Shown: positions 22,649 through 33,278 of the stretch, one piece after another
Position numbering within the stretch: the stretch's first letter is position 1
Layout of the letters: every line of letters begins with the position of its first letter
Position numbers and translations under genes: made by a program
Notes under the pieces: model-generated
Seen by the model: only the letters and a program-made list of their open reading frames with translations
Database searches by the model: none
Told to the model about the DNA's origin: nothing
Source: an uncultured Thiomicrospira sp.
GTDB taxonomy: Bacteria > Pseudomonadota > Gammaproteobacteria > CAKMZV01
NCBI GenBank assembly: GCA_965195345.1
Contig: OZ239628.1
Location: forward strand, 1,856,694-1,920,693
Direction of reading: 5' to 3'
Length of the DNA stretch: 64,000 nt

Positions 22649-24261
22649 TGGATTGGATTGCTTCGCCTGAATTTCTTTCTCTGCTAATGGTTACAGGAAC
22701 CTGTTTGTTCTTATTAATGGGTTTTCCAGTTTCACTAACCCTTGCAGGAAGCTCTTTATTGTTTGCCTTTTTAGGCGTTTATTTTGATGTTTTCGACTTT
22801 AGTTTCATCTCAGCATTTCCTCAGAGAATTTTTTCGATTATCCGTAATGAAGTATTAGTTGCAGTACCCCTTTTTATATTTATGGGGGTAACTCTTGAAC
22901 GTTCAAAAATTGCCGAAGATTTGCTTTCTAACATTGGAAAATTATTTGGATCTTTGCCCGGTGGGCTCGGTTATGCTGTGTTTTTAGTAGGCGCGCTAAT
23001 GGCAGCTTCCACAGGCATAGTAGGAGCTACCGTTGTTACTATGGGACTACTTTCTCTACCCGTTATGCTACGCAATGGTTACAACCCCGCTCTAGCGTGT
23101 GGAAGCATATGCGCTTCTGGCACGCTTGGACAAGTCATTCCGCCATCTATTGTACTTGTACTGCTTGGAGATCAGCTATCCACTGCATACCAACAAGCGC
23201 AATATGAATTAGGGAACTTTTCTCCAGACACTGTATCTGTTAACGATCTCTTTGCAGGTGCACTAATACCAGGACTATGCTTAGTTGCACTATATATGCT
23301 CTATATTGCATGGACAACCATTCGAAACCCGCACAAAGCACCTCCTCTTCCAACTGTCGATGGAAAAACTGTAAAACTGGATCAAGAAATCTTAAAATCA
23401 TTATTGCCTCCAATTATTTTAATAATTGCTGTTTTAGGTTCTATTTTGGGAGGACTTGCATCCCCAACAGAATCTGCATCCGTTGGTGCCGTTGGTGCTT
23501 TAATGCTGGCTGGATATCGTCTTAATCAAAAAAATCGTAAACCAATATTGATGGCATTAATTGCTTTCATAATTATGCTAACGCTCACTTACTTTGTTGA
23601 TTTGCGTATGCAACGCAAAGTTATTTCTCTTCATGAATGGCTTCTGATAGGAATAGCATTACTTTGTGCTCTTGTAATGATATGGGGCATATTTTTATCG
23701 GTTATCCATTGTTACCGTCAAAAATTTCAAGACCAATCCGTTCTGGTTTATATAGTTCGAGAAACGACCACTTACTCAACAATGGTGTTCACTATTTTGA
23801 TAGGTGCTTCTATGTTCTCCTTGGTATTTCGTGGCTATGGTGGTGATGAGATAGTTGAGGAGTTTCTCTCCGCTTTACCTGGAGGGACAATTACTGTTTT
23901 TTTGGTCATTATGTTAACTATGTTTTTATTAGGATTCATTCTTGATTTCCTTGAAATTGTTTTTATCGTTGTGCCTATCGTGGCTCCTATACTGCTTACG
24001 ATGGAGATTGCACCAGGGGTGACCATTCATCCTGTTTGGCTTGGTGTCATGATGGCTATTAACTTACAAACATCTTTTTTAACGCCGCCTTTTGGATTTT
24101 CATTATTTTATTTACGCGGTGTAGCACCCAAAATAATACAGACCTCTGACATTTACAAAGGCGTTATTCCTTTTGTGTTCATTCAGTTACTCATGTTGCT
24201 CATTCTGTGGTTCTTTCCTTCTTTAGCCACATGGCTACCTGATGTCATTTACAGTCAATAA
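22648..24261 (+). CDS. TRAP transporter large permease (DctM)
   Basis: AVPLFIFMG, GTLGQVIPPS, QTSFLTPPFG. Confidence 0.95.
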   Translation: MDWIASPEFLSLLMVTGTCLFLLMGFPVSLTLAGSSLLFAFLGVYFDVFDFSFISAFPQRIFSIIRNEVLVAVPLFIFMGVTLERSKIAEDLLSNIGKLFGSLPGGLGYAVFLVGALMAASTGIVGATVVTMGLLSLPVMLRNGYNPALACGSICASGTLGQVIPPSIVLVLLGDQLSTAYQQAQYELGNFSPDTVSVNDLFAGALIPGLCLVALYMLYIAWTTIRNPHKAPPLPTVDGKTVKLDQEILKSLLPPIILIIAVLGSILGGLASPTESASVGAVGALMLAGYRLNQKNRKPILMALIAFIIMLTLTYFVDLRMQRKVISLHEWLLIGIALLCALVMIWGIFLSVIHCYRQKFQDQSVLVYIVRETTTYSTMVFTILIGASMFSLVFRGYGGDEIVEEFLSALPGGTITVFLVIMLTMFLLGFILDFLEIVFIVVPIVAPILLTMEIAPGVTIHPVWLGVMMAINLQTSFLTPPFGFSLFYLRGVAPKIIQTSDIYKGVIPFVFIQLLMLLILWFFPSLATWLPDVIYSQ

Positions 24262-24280
24262 CTCCTTAATTCTTTAGAGT

Positions 24281-25192
24281 GTGAGCATTAATCTACGCTC
24301 AAGACCCATGCAGTTAGCGATAGCTGGTTTAGTTGCAACTAATTTTTTTTGGGCTTTAAACGCTGTTCTAGCACGCTTTTTTCGTGATGACATCGGCGCT
24401 TTTGACCTTAATTTCCTCCGTTGGTTTTTTGCATTACTAATACTCACTCCATTTACGCTAAAGCACGTGAAAAAAGACTGGGCTCTGATTAGAGCCAATT
24501 TGGCGAAATTATTGGTTTTTGGACTATTAGGCGTTAGCTTTTTCAATTTTGCTCTTTATCAATCAGCGCATACTACTTTGGCTGTCAACATTGGATTATT
24601 CAATTCACTGGCGCCTATTTTTACTTTACTGCTCGCTATCCCTATTCTAAAAACCAAACCAAACTTGATGGTTTGGTTTGGTGTGACAGTGACATTTACA
24701 GGCGCTCTTTTAATCATTTTTAAATTCAACTGGCTTAATCTGATCAACTTCAAAGTCTATCAAGGTGATTTTTTGATGTTAAGTGCTTGTTTTGTTTGGG
24801 GTTTATATACCGTTTTATTAAAAAAATGGCCTATCAACATACATCCTTTGAGTCTGCTTTGGATAACCATAGCTCTTGGGCTTATCGTTCTATTCGCTAT
24901 TTTATTTTTAATAGACACTCCCAATCCCTCACCATTTAATGCTTTGAACGCCACCACTGTACCACTTGTTTTGTACACATCGGTGTTCCCAGCATTATTA
25001 GCCTATCTTTTCTGGTCAAACGGTGTGGCAAAAATAGGAGCGCCTTTATCTTCAGTTTTTTTATATCTCAACCCTTGCTTTATTGCAATCATTGGACTTT
25101 ATGTTCTTCAAGAATCTTTAGAATGGTTCCATGTTTTAGGGGGAGGGCTTATACTTGCCGGACTTCTAATTAATTTTAAATATCATAAATAA
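24281..25192 (+). CDS. DMT/EamA family transporter
   Basis: About 10 TM helices in two EamA repeats; GDFLML; YLNP. Confidence 0.9.
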   Translation: MSINLRSRPMQLAIAGLVATNFFWALNAVLARFFRDDIGAFDLNFLRWFFALLILTPFTLKHVKKDWALIRANLAKLLVFGLLGVSFFNFALYQSAHTTLAVNIGLFNSLAPIFTLLLAIPILKTKPNLMVWFGVTVTFTGALLIIFKFNWLNLINFKVYQGDFLMLSACFVWGLYTVLLKKWPINIHPLSLLWITIALGLIVLFAILFLIDTPNPSPFNALNATTVPLVLYTSVFPALLAYLFWSNGVAKIGAPLSSVFLYLNPCFIAIIGLYVLQESLEWFHVLGGGLILAGLLINFKYHK

Positions 25193-25405
25193 AAAAAATT
25201 ATTATTCCAGTGTGAAATGACTAAACTTTGCGTATTATCTTTATACGACTTGAAAATTTTCAATTAAAAAATGATATATCATCGATATGACTTTGTTTTT
25301 TTGAAAATTTTTCTCGCATTTGACATAAAATTAACCTTTAGTAGCTTCATAAGAGCTTACTATCGGATCGTTTAGATTAACACTTCTTTACACTTTAGGA
25401 AAATC

Positions 25406-27187
25406 ATGCATCCATTAATCAATCTTGTTAATAATTCACCTGTATCACTTAGCTTGCTAACTAAAAACTATTTAAGTACCCGTTGTGATTGCATTATCAT
25501 CGGAGTATATGAAGATTTAAGCATTATAGGAAATGCTTTTTCAAATGCTCTTGAACAAAAGAAAGCGCCTCTATTAAGCTTTTTAAATCGCAATTCTGGA
25601 TTTAAAGCGAAAGTAGGTACTTCACTACTGTGGCAAAAACCAAGTTTCCTTTTTACTCAACGCTTATTAATCGTTGGTCTCGGGGCAGAAAAAGAACTCT
25701 CACAAGCCGATTTTATTAAAGTACAGCAAACGATCTCTGCTACTATTCATGAAAACAGATGGGATAACAGCATCAATGCAACAACGGTCATTCCTGTAAA
25801 ACATCTCAACGAACTTTGGAAGTTGCGCACATGTGCGATAGAGCATACAAAAGCATTTTACAATTACTTGTGTCCACTTAAAGAAACAAAAGCTCCTCAA
25901 ATACGAAACATTCAGCTTGTACTTCCTAAAAATCCTCAAAAACTTCATCTTTACAATGAAGTACTTAAAACAGGCGTGGCCATCGGAAATGGCATAAATG
26001 TGGCAAAACAACTTGGCAATACACCTGCCAACTTATGTACCCCTACAGTTCTTAAAGATTTTGCTTTATCGCTTGAGAAAAAAAGCAAACATTTAAAAGT
26101 GCATATTCATGACAAAAATGCACTTGGAAAATTGGACATGAATGCTTTTTTATCGGTTTCTGAAGGTTCATCTCAACCACCATTTCTCATTGAGATACAC
26201 TATACTCCTGAAAAGGATTGTGGTTTAAATCCAGTTGTCTTAGTTGGTAAAGGTGTCACTTTTGATACCGGTGGCATTTCATTAAAACCTTCTGCTGGCA
26301 TGGATGAAATGAAATTTGATATGTCTGGTGCAGGCAGTGTTTTTGGTGCTATGAATGCTTTTGAAAGCATGGAAATTAATCGCAAAGTAATTGCTTTGAT
26401 TCCTGCTACGGAAAATATGCCCGCACACAATGCCACAAAACCTGGGGATGTTGTTAAGAGCGCATCTGGTCAAACTATCGAAATTCTCAACACAGACGCT
26501 GAAGGTCGTTTGATTTTATGTGATACCTTATCCTATGCGCACCGATTTAGTCCAGAGAGCATTATTGATGTTGCCACCCTTACTGGAGCTTGCGTGGTTG
26601 CTTTAGGCGCGCATTATAGTGGACTCATGAGCAATGATGAAAGCCTCGCATCTTCGTTGTACGATGCTGGACAACTATCGCATGATCGCTGCTGGCAACT
26701 ACCTTTAGATCAGGACTATGATGATCAGCTTAAAAGCAATTTTGCCGACATTGCGAACATTAGTTCAGGTCGAGGAGCCGGCACTATTACAGCTGGTTGC
26801 TTTCTCCAACGTTTCATCAACGATGTCCCGTGGGCGCATCTTGATGTTGCAGGCACTGCTTGGTTAACTGGGGATAAAAAAGGCTCCACAGGTCGCCCAG
26901 TTGCATTACTGTGCGAATACGTAATAGCCAGTAGTAAATTTCTTCCTCCCTCCTCAACCAAATCAACCTCTGTAGACTCCGAAAAAAATAGATTGCCCAC
27001 TCGAGGCGTTATCGGTCCAATTATTGAAGATGGATTGTTAAAGGGATTGAGCAGTCAGGCTATTATTGCTAATGTTTTGGAAAAAGCGCCCGCTGCGCGT
27101 ACCAAATCAACAACCATTGCTTTCTACGCGCACAGACTGCGTAAAAATAACGTTCAATTACCTCCCAGACCTCGTAAGCACATATAG
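25406..27187 (+). CDS. pepA: Leucyl aminopeptidase (M17) with a C-terminal extension
   Basis: VGKGVTFDTGG, MKFDMSG, NTDAEGRL, ATLTGA, WAHLDVAG, GRPV; about 85 extra C-terminal residues. Confidence 0.93.
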   Translation: MHPLINLVNNSPVSLSLLTKNYLSTRCDCIIIGVYEDLSIIGNAFSNALEQKKAPLLSFLNRNSGFKAKVGTSLLWQKPSFLFTQRLLIVGLGAEKELSQADFIKVQQTISATIHENRWDNSINATTVIPVKHLNELWKLRTCAIEHTKAFYNYLCPLKETKAPQIRNIQLVLPKNPQKLHLYNEVLKTGVAIGNGINVAKQLGNTPANLCTPTVLKDFALSLEKKSKHLKVHIHDKNALGKLDMNAFLSVSEGSSQPPFLIEIHYTPEKDCGLNPVVLVGKGVTFDTGGISLKPSAGMDEMKFDMSGAGSVFGAMNAFESMEINRKVIALIPATENMPAHNATKPGDVVKSASGQTIEILNTDAEGRLILCDTLSYAHRFSPESIIDVATLTGACVVALGAHYSGLMSNDESLASSLYDAGQLSHDRCWQLPLDQDYDDQLKSNFADIANISSGRGAGTITAGCFLQRFINDVPWAHLDVAGTAWLTGDKKGSTGRPVALLCEYVIASSKFLPPSSTKSTSVDSEKNRLPTRGVIGPIIEDGLLKGLSSQAIIANVLEKAPAARTKSTTIAFYAHRLRKNNVQLPPRPRKHI

Positions 27188-27209
27188 TTTTTAAAGCGCA
27201 TAAATAAAG

Positions 27210-28217
27210 ATGACTCTTAGTGATAGTTTTATGAAAAAAAAACGTTTCCCTCATATGTCAAAACTACTTCTATCGTTGACTTTTTTCTCAACTTTAGCAA
27301 TAGCAGATGTGCGTGTTGAAGCGTTCGGTAACCTAAAGTCATACCCAACGCATTCCCTAGCTTCAAAAGTTATCGCTTTGAGAGAAAGTAATATAGGTTC
27401 ACTCATCAATGCAAATGTTATTGAAATAAACGCCCACGAAGGCGATGAGATCAAAAAAGGGACTTGGTTAATTAAACTGGATTGTTTCAACTCAAAGATA
27501 CAATTTGATCAAAGAAAATCTGCATATGAACTCAACGAATTGAATCTTTCTTGGGATAAAAAAGAGCTAACCAGAATGGAAAATTTAGTGAAGAAAAAAC
27601 ATCTAGCTCAAGCTGCTTTAGACTCTAAACAAAGACAGTTAGAATCTAAAGTCGTTGAACAAAAACTTCTAAAAATCAATCTTCGACAGGCTCAAAAAGA
27701 AGTGGACCGTTGCACTCTATACGCCCCTTATGATAGTACTGTTATCAAACGTCACGCAAATCTTGGTGAATTTGCCACTGCAGGGAAAACCTTAGTAACA
27801 TTACTCGATACTAAAAACACACTCGTTGAAACAGAGGTCCCCTTAAGTTTAATTGAGGATTTCAAAAATGCTTCTTCGCACTGGCTACAAAATGGCGAAA
27901 AACGTGTTAACTTAACCATTAAAACTATGCTGCCCCAAGCCAATCTCAAGAACAATAGTCGAACAGTCCGACTAACAGCGGATGAAGCGTTACTTATTGG
28001 CGAGCAAAGTCGGATTTGGTGGACATCAAACACACCTCGCATCGATGGCAAGTACTTGCATCGATATGATGGAGATCTCGGTATTTGGGTAGAGTCAGAC
28101 GAGGATTATCGTTTCATTCCCCTACCTACGGCACAAGAGGGGCGTAATTTTGATATTCAATTAGATGATGCGATAAATATTGTTACTAGAAACGTTCATT
28201 TAATCACCAAACATTAG
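27210..28217 (+). CDS. RND efflux periplasmic adaptor (membrane fusion protein)
   Basis: Signal/anchor sequence, lipoyl half-motifs (EGDEIKKGTWLIKLD; TLYAPYDSTVIKR), coiled-coil hairpin. Confidence 0.85.
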   Translation: MTLSDSFMKKKRFPHMSKLLLSLTFFSTLAIADVRVEAFGNLKSYPTHSLASKVIALRESNIGSLINANVIEINAHEGDEIKKGTWLIKLDCFNSKIQFDQRKSAYELNELNLSWDKKELTRMENLVKKKHLAQAALDSKQRQLESKVVEQKLLKINLRQAQKEVDRCTLYAPYDSTVIKRHANLGEFATAGKTLVTLLDTKNTLVETEVPLSLIEDFKNASSHWLQNGEKRVNLTIKTMLPQANLKNNSRTVRLTADEALLIGEQSRIWWTSNTPRIDGKYLHRYDGDLGIWVESDEDYRFIPLPTAQEGRNFDIQLDDAINIVTRNVHLITKH

Positions 28218-28340
28218 TACAATTTTCCCTCCTCAGGGTCGCTGCCAAAGCAATCCCGTATCCTCGTCCTAGTTCATCAGTTTATTTAAAGAATACACCA
28301 TTATGCTTAAATGCTTATTGCATCTTAAAGTGCATAAAGG

Positions 28341-28607
28341 TGACCTATTTCCCAAAAACTATACTACGAGATGGATGAGATTTCCGATAATCCTAAAAGG
28401 AGGTCTCAATGAAAAGAAGATACAGCGAATGAAATAATTAAGGCAGTCAAACACCATGAATCAGGGTTAAAAGTTGAAGATATAAGCCGTGATTTAGGAC
28501 TATCTATAGAGACTCTCTACAACTGGCGTAGCAAGGTTGCGGGACTGGAAGTCAATGAAACTAAACGACAATATCCTCTACCTGTTGCTCAAATCCTTGA
28601 TGAGTAA
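28341..28607 (+). mobile_element. Degenerate IS3-family remnant: probable left end plus frameshifted, truncated OrfA
   Basis: TGACCT.. at 28341 resembles an IS3 left IR. RBS AGGAGG and ATG at 28409 give MKRRYSE*; a shifted frame continues EIIKAVKHHESGLKVEDISRDLGLSIETLYNWRSKVAGLEVNETKR, an IS3 OrfA HTH signature. No OrfB follows. Confidence 0.82.
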
Positions 28608-28847
28608 GATTGAATTCGGATTCCACAAAAAGTGTAAAGCCTTCTTTGTAAGCTCCCTCTACCTGCGCAGTTAGATAGCTTAAAATGAAATATTTGAACG
28701 CACTTTTATATGCAATTTTGATTATTTTCCGTGCGTTTATTTTTCAAATGAAGTGTAAACTAATCGAACCATATCGCAATTCTCACCTCACTATTCAATA
28801 CTGTGCGGTTTTCAGTATGCTTTTTGGTTTAGCTCGTGAGCGGAGTC

Positions 28848-28880
28848 ATCGGTTTTTGATTTCTTCATTTCAAAAACCGA
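28848..28880. terminator. Hairpin downstream of rpoC (ATCGGTTTT...AAAACCGAT)
   Basis: Inverted repeat about 70 bp after the rpoC stop; no clear U-tract on the minus strand. Confidence 0.4.
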
Positions 28881-28947
28881 TATAGGAATATTCGTAGAGT
28901 GCTTCCGTCAGAAATTTAGTAATATCAGACGCAAAAGAGACGTTTAT

Positions 28948-31900
28948 TTACTCGCTGTCTGAAAATACTTCTTGAACAGCCTTTTCAGCCTCTTTGGATA
29001 AAGGAGCTTTGCTTTCTAAAGTATTTTCTGTGAAAACGTTTTCAATATTTTCTTCATTAGCTGAGATAGTTGAGTCTCCAAGAATGTCATGTAACTCTTC
29101 ATCTATCTTATCAACCGCACTATATCCCGCCATGTCTTCCATGAGAAGCCCTTTTCCTTTTCTGCGAGCTTGTGTTTGGTGATGACGCAAACCAGTACCA
29201 GACGGAATTAAACGACCTACGATAACGTTTTCTTTGAGACCGATCAGTTTATCACGCTTACCAAAAACAGCAGCATCAGTTAATACTTTGGTAGTTTCTT
29301 GGAATGAAGCCGCTGAAATAAAGGACTCTGTAGCCAAAGACGCCTTAGTAATACCTAATAGGATACGATCAAATTTAATGGGCTGTTTTCCTTCAGCAAT
29401 CAAGCTTTCATTCATTTGAAGAGCACGATGGTAATCGACTTGTTCTCCTTGAACCAAGAAAGCATCACCTGGATCAGCCACTTCAACTTTACGTAGCATT
29501 TGGCGAATGATAACTTCAATATGTAAGTCGTTAATTTTAACGCCTTGTAAGCGGTAAACACTTTGCACTTCATCAATGATGTAATTAGCAAGTGGTTCGA
29601 CTCCTTTAACACGCAAAATATCATGAGGATTAGGTGCACCATCAACTAATACTTCGCCTTTTTCAACATGCTCCCCTTCGAAAACATTGATTTGTCTCCA
29701 TTTTGGTATCAATATCTCAACCGAATTGTTTTTTAAATCCGTAATAATCAATCGATACTTTCCTTTAGTCTCTTTCCCAAAAGAAACCAGTCCGCTAATT
29801 TCAGCAAGAACGGAGGGTTCTTTAGGAATACGCGCTTCGAACAAATCTGCAACTCGTGGCAGACCGCCGGTAATATCTCTTGTTTTTGATGATGCTTGTG
29901 GAATCTTAGCCAAAATTGTTCCAGCTCCAACAGCATCTCCATCTTTGACGTTTACGAGAGCGCCACCTGATAAATAGTAGCTGACAGGCGTTTTTGTTCC
30001 AGTGAAGGTAACATCTTTTCCTTTTTTATCAATCAGTTTAATCATTGGGCGATTATCCTTCGCCCCTGCATCAACACTTTTATCTACAATGATCGATGTC
30101 AATCCTGTTATCTCGTCAGTGCTTGTATCAATTGTCTGACCTTCGATGAAATTAACAAACTTCACAGTACCGCCCATTTCTGTAATCATCGGGTGGGTAT
30201 GCGGATCCCATTCAGCAACAATGTCACCAGTTTTAACTTTACCACCATCTTTGACGTTTAATTGAGTGCCGTAAGCTAATTTATAATGTTCGCGCTGTCT
30301 CCCTTGCTTATCATGAACAAATAGTTCAGCTGAACGAGAGATATTCAATAAATCGCCATTTTGATTTTTAATAACTCGATGATTTTTGAGCGTTACTTTT
30401 CCGTTATTGTTAACAGAAATTTCCCTCTCAGCTGCTGCACGAGATGCTGCTCCGCCTATGTGGAAAGTTCTCATAGTCAACTGAGTACCCGGCTCACCAA
30501 TGGACTGAGCAGCGATAATACCCACTGCTTCGCCAATATTAACCAATTTTCCTCGCGACAAATCTCGTCCATAACTATGTCGTGACATGCCAAATTGTGT
30601 TGTATCAGTAATCGGAGAACGTACAAATATTTCATCAACACTGTGTTCATGCAATGCTTCTACTTGTGGCTCATCCAGCAGAACATTTGCCTCAAGTAAT
30701 ATTTCCTTTGTTCCAGGAATATATACATCTTTCGCCAAAACACGTCCAAGCACACGATCTTTTAGAGGTTCAACAATATCCCCACCACCAATCAAGGCTC
30801 CTTTAGCAATGCCTTCGTCTTTTGAGTATTCGCTTGTAGTTATTACTACATCCTGAGAAACATCTACCAATCGACGTGTTAAATATCCTGAGTTTGCTGT
30901 TTTCAATGCTGTATCTGCCAAGCCTTTACGAGCACCATGTGTCGAGGTAAAGTATTGCAGTACAGTTAATCCTTCACGGAAATTCGCGGTAATAGGCGTT
31001 TCAATGATAGAACCGTCTGGCTTCGCCATCAAACCCCTCATTCCAGCAAGCTGTCGCAGCTGAGCCATCGAGCCACGAGCACCTGAATCAGCCATCATAT
31101 AAATCGAATTGAACGATTTAACCTTGTGATGCACACCGCCTTTATCGGTTACATCATCAAACTCGATGATACCGATCATAGCTTTGGTTACTTTCTCATT
31201 AGTATGCGTCCAAATATCGATAACCTTGTTATATCGTTCTCCTTCAGTAAGCAAGCCACTTTGGAACTGCTTGTCCACTTCTTTTACTTGTTCTTCTGCT
31301 TGTTCGATCGCTTCTTTCTTCATGTCTGGAATAATCATATCATCAACACCAAATGATATACCAGAGCGCGTTGAATAGTGGAACCCAGCGTACATCAATT
31401 TATCAGCAAGAATCACTGATTTTTTGGGTCCAAGTGTGTGGAAACTTGCATTTAACAAAGCCGAAATATTCTTTTTCGTCATTAGCTGATCGACAATGCT
31501 AAACTTAAGCCCTTCTGGCAACAATTTCCATAATAAAGCCCGACCTACTGTCGTGTCTTTACGATTGATTTCTTCATTTCGTTCTCCTTCTTCATCGAAG
31601 GATACTTCTGTTATGCGCACCGTGATTTTTGCATGCAAACTTAATTCACCAATGACATACGCACGCTCAACATCATCAGGAGAGCTAAATATCATCCCCT
31701 CTCCTTTAACGTTGAATTGCTCACGAGTCAAATAATACAAACCGAGCACAACGTCTTGGGAAGGTACTATAATCGGTTCACCATTCGCTGGTGAAAGCAA
31801 ATTATTAGTTGACATCATCAGCACTCGAGCTTCTGTCTGTGCTTCTATTGACAAAGGAACATGCACCGCCATTTGGTCACCATCAAAATCCGCATTGTAT

Positions 31901-33264
31901 GCAGCACATACCAATGGATGCAGCTGTATTGCTTTCCCTTCAATTAATACTGGTTCAAAAGCTTGGATACCTAATCGATGCAAGGTGGGTGCACGGTTAA
32001 GTAAGATAGGATGTTCACGAATAACCTCATCCAAAGCATCCCACACTGATGGATCGCGCATTTCAAGCATCTTCTTTGCCACTCGAATCGTAGCAGCCTG
32101 TTCCTTACGAATAAGCACGCTAAATATGAATGGCTTGAATAATTCTAACGCCATAAGCTTAGGCAAGCCACATTGATGCAGTTTAAGATTAGGTCCAACC
32201 ACTATCACAGATCGCCCTGAATAATCAACACGCTTACCGAGTAAGTTTTGTCTAAATCGTCCCTGCTTGCCTTTAATCATATCAGCAAGAGATTTTAATG
32301 GACGCTTATTGCCCATTACTGCACGCCCTCTACGACCGTTATCAAGCAATGAATCAACGGCTTCTTGCAGCATACGCTTTTCATTACGAACAATAATTTC
32401 AGGTGCTCCTAAGTCAAGTAGGCGCCGTAAACGATTATTACGGTTTATTACACGACGATACAAATCATTTAAATCAGAAGTTGCAAAGCGTCCTCCCTCA
32501 AGCGGAACCAAAGGGCGCAGTTCTGGAGGCAATATGGGCAATACTTTTAGTATCATCCACTCGGGACGATTGCCTGACTCGAGTAAGGCCTGCGTTAGGC
32601 GCAACCGCTTTGATAATTTCTTACTTTTTGCTTCGCTTTTAGATTCTTCAAGCAAAATTTGCAGATTGAGTGCCTCTTCGCGCAAGTTAATTCTTGAAAG
32701 CAATTCGCCAATAGCTTCAGCACCCATGGCGACACGAAACTCTTCCCCATATTTTTCACGCGCCTCTAAAAGCTCTTCATCACGTAATATCTGCATGTTT
32801 TCAAGATCAGTCATTCCAGGATCAACCACTACAGATGCTTCGTAATATAAAATTATTTCAATTTCACGCAGCGTTTTATCCAATAGCAATCCAATACGCG
32901 ATGGCAATGATTTTAAAAACCAAATATGTGCAACAGGTGCTGCAAGATCAATATGTCCCATACGATCACGGCGAACCTTCATCTGTGTGACTTCTACTCC
33001 ACATTTTTCACAGACTACACTTCGATGCTTGATTCCTTTGTATTTGCCACATAAGCACTCAAAGTCTTTAGTTGGACCAAATATTTTGGCACAAAACAAT
33101 CCATCTCTTTCTGGCTTAAAAGTTCGATAATTTATCGTTTCGGGTTTCTTTACTTCACCAAACGACCATGAACGTATCTTCTCAGGAGAAGCAAGACCTA
33201 TACGAACAACATCAAAATTGGCGTGTAAATTCTGTTGCTTTAGCAAATTTAACATGTCTTTCAT
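28948..33264 (-). CDS. rpoC: DNA-directed RNA polymerase subunit beta'
   Basis: NADFDGD, N-terminal Zn ribbon CLC...[17 protein letters not shown]; ATG at 33264 fits the GGAG RBS. Confidence 0.99.
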   Translation of the reverse strand: MKDMLNLLKQQNLHANFDVVRIGLASPEKIRSWSFGEVKKPETINYRTFKPERDGLFCAKIFGPTKDFECLCGKYKGIKHRSVVCEKCGVEVTQMKVRRDRMGHIDLAAPVAHIWFLKSLPSRIGLLLDKTLREIEIILYYEASVVVDPGMTDLENMQILRDEELLEAREKYGEEFRVAMGAEAIGELLSRINLREEALNLQILLEESKSEAKSKKLSKRLRLTQALLESGNRPEWMILKVLPILPPELRPLVPLEGGRFATSDLNDLYRRVINRNNRLRRLLDLGAPEIIVRNEKRMLQEAVDSLLDNGRRGRAVMGNKRPLKSLADMIKGKQGRFRQNLLGKRVDYSGRSVIVVGPNLKLHQCGLPKLMALELFKPFIFSVLIRKEQAATIRVAKKMLEMRDPSVWDALDEVIREHPILLNRAPTLHRLGIQAFEPVLIEGKAIQLHPLVCAAYNADFDGDQMAVHVPLSIEAQTEARVLMMSTNNLLSPANGEPIIVPSQDVVLGLYYLTREQFNVKGEGMIFSSPDDVERAYVIGELSLHAKITVRITEVSFDEEGERNEEINRKDTTVGRALLWKLLPEGLKFSIVDQLMTKKNISALLNASFHTLGPKKSVILADKLMYAGFHYSTRSGISFGVDDMIIPDMKKEAIEQAEEQVKEVDKQFQSGLLTEGERYNKVIDIWTHTNEKVTKAMIGIIEFDDVTDKGGVHHKVKSFNSIYMMADSGARGSMAQLRQLAGMRGLMAKPDGSIIETPITANFREGLTVLQYFTSTHGARKGLADTALKTANSGYLTRRLVDVSQDVVITTSEYSKDEGIAKGALIGGGDIVEPLKDRVLGRVLAKDVYIPGTKEILLEANVLLDEPQVEALHEHSVDEIFVRSPITDTTQFGMSRHSYGRDLSRGKLVNIGEAVGIIAAQSIGEPGTQLTMRTFHIGGAASRAAAEREISVNNNGKVTLKNHRVIKNQNGDLLNISRSAELFVHDKQGRQREHYKLAYGTQLNVKDGGKVKTGDIVAEWDPHTHPMITEMGGTVKFVNFIEGQTIDTSTDEITGLTSIIVDKSVDAGAKDNRPMIKLIDKKGKDVTFTGTKTPVSYYLSGGALVNVKDGDAVGAGTILAKIPQASSKTRDITGGLPRVADLFEARIPKEPSVLAEISGLVSFGKETKGKYRLIITDLKNNSVEILIPKWRQINVFEGEHVEKGEVLVDGAPNPHDILRVKGVEPLANYIIDEVQSVYRLQGVKINDLHIEVIIRQMLRKVEVADPGDAFLVQGEQVDYHRALQMNESLIAEGKQPIKFDRILLGITKASLATESFISAASFQETTKVLTDAAVFGKRDKLIGLKENVIVGRLIPSGTGLRHHQTQARRKGKGLLMEDMAGYSAVDKIDEELHDILGDSTISANEENIENVFTENTLESKAPLSKEAEKAVQEVFSDSE

Positions 33265-33278
33265 TGTCAATATCTCCG

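Noticed and set aside
28796-28880. Tandem hairpins after rpoC as a possible ncRNA or MITE
   Set aside because: No second copy in the window and no recognisable RNA family; kept only as a weak terminator call
28685-28885. 66-aa ORF convergent with rpoC
   Set aside because: No RBS or recognisable motif; overlaps hairpins in an AT-rich spacer; likely spurious
32267-32845. 192-aa plus-strand ORF and other short ORFs inside rpoBC and ribosomal genes
   Set aside because: Antisense or alternate-frame shadows of conserved genes
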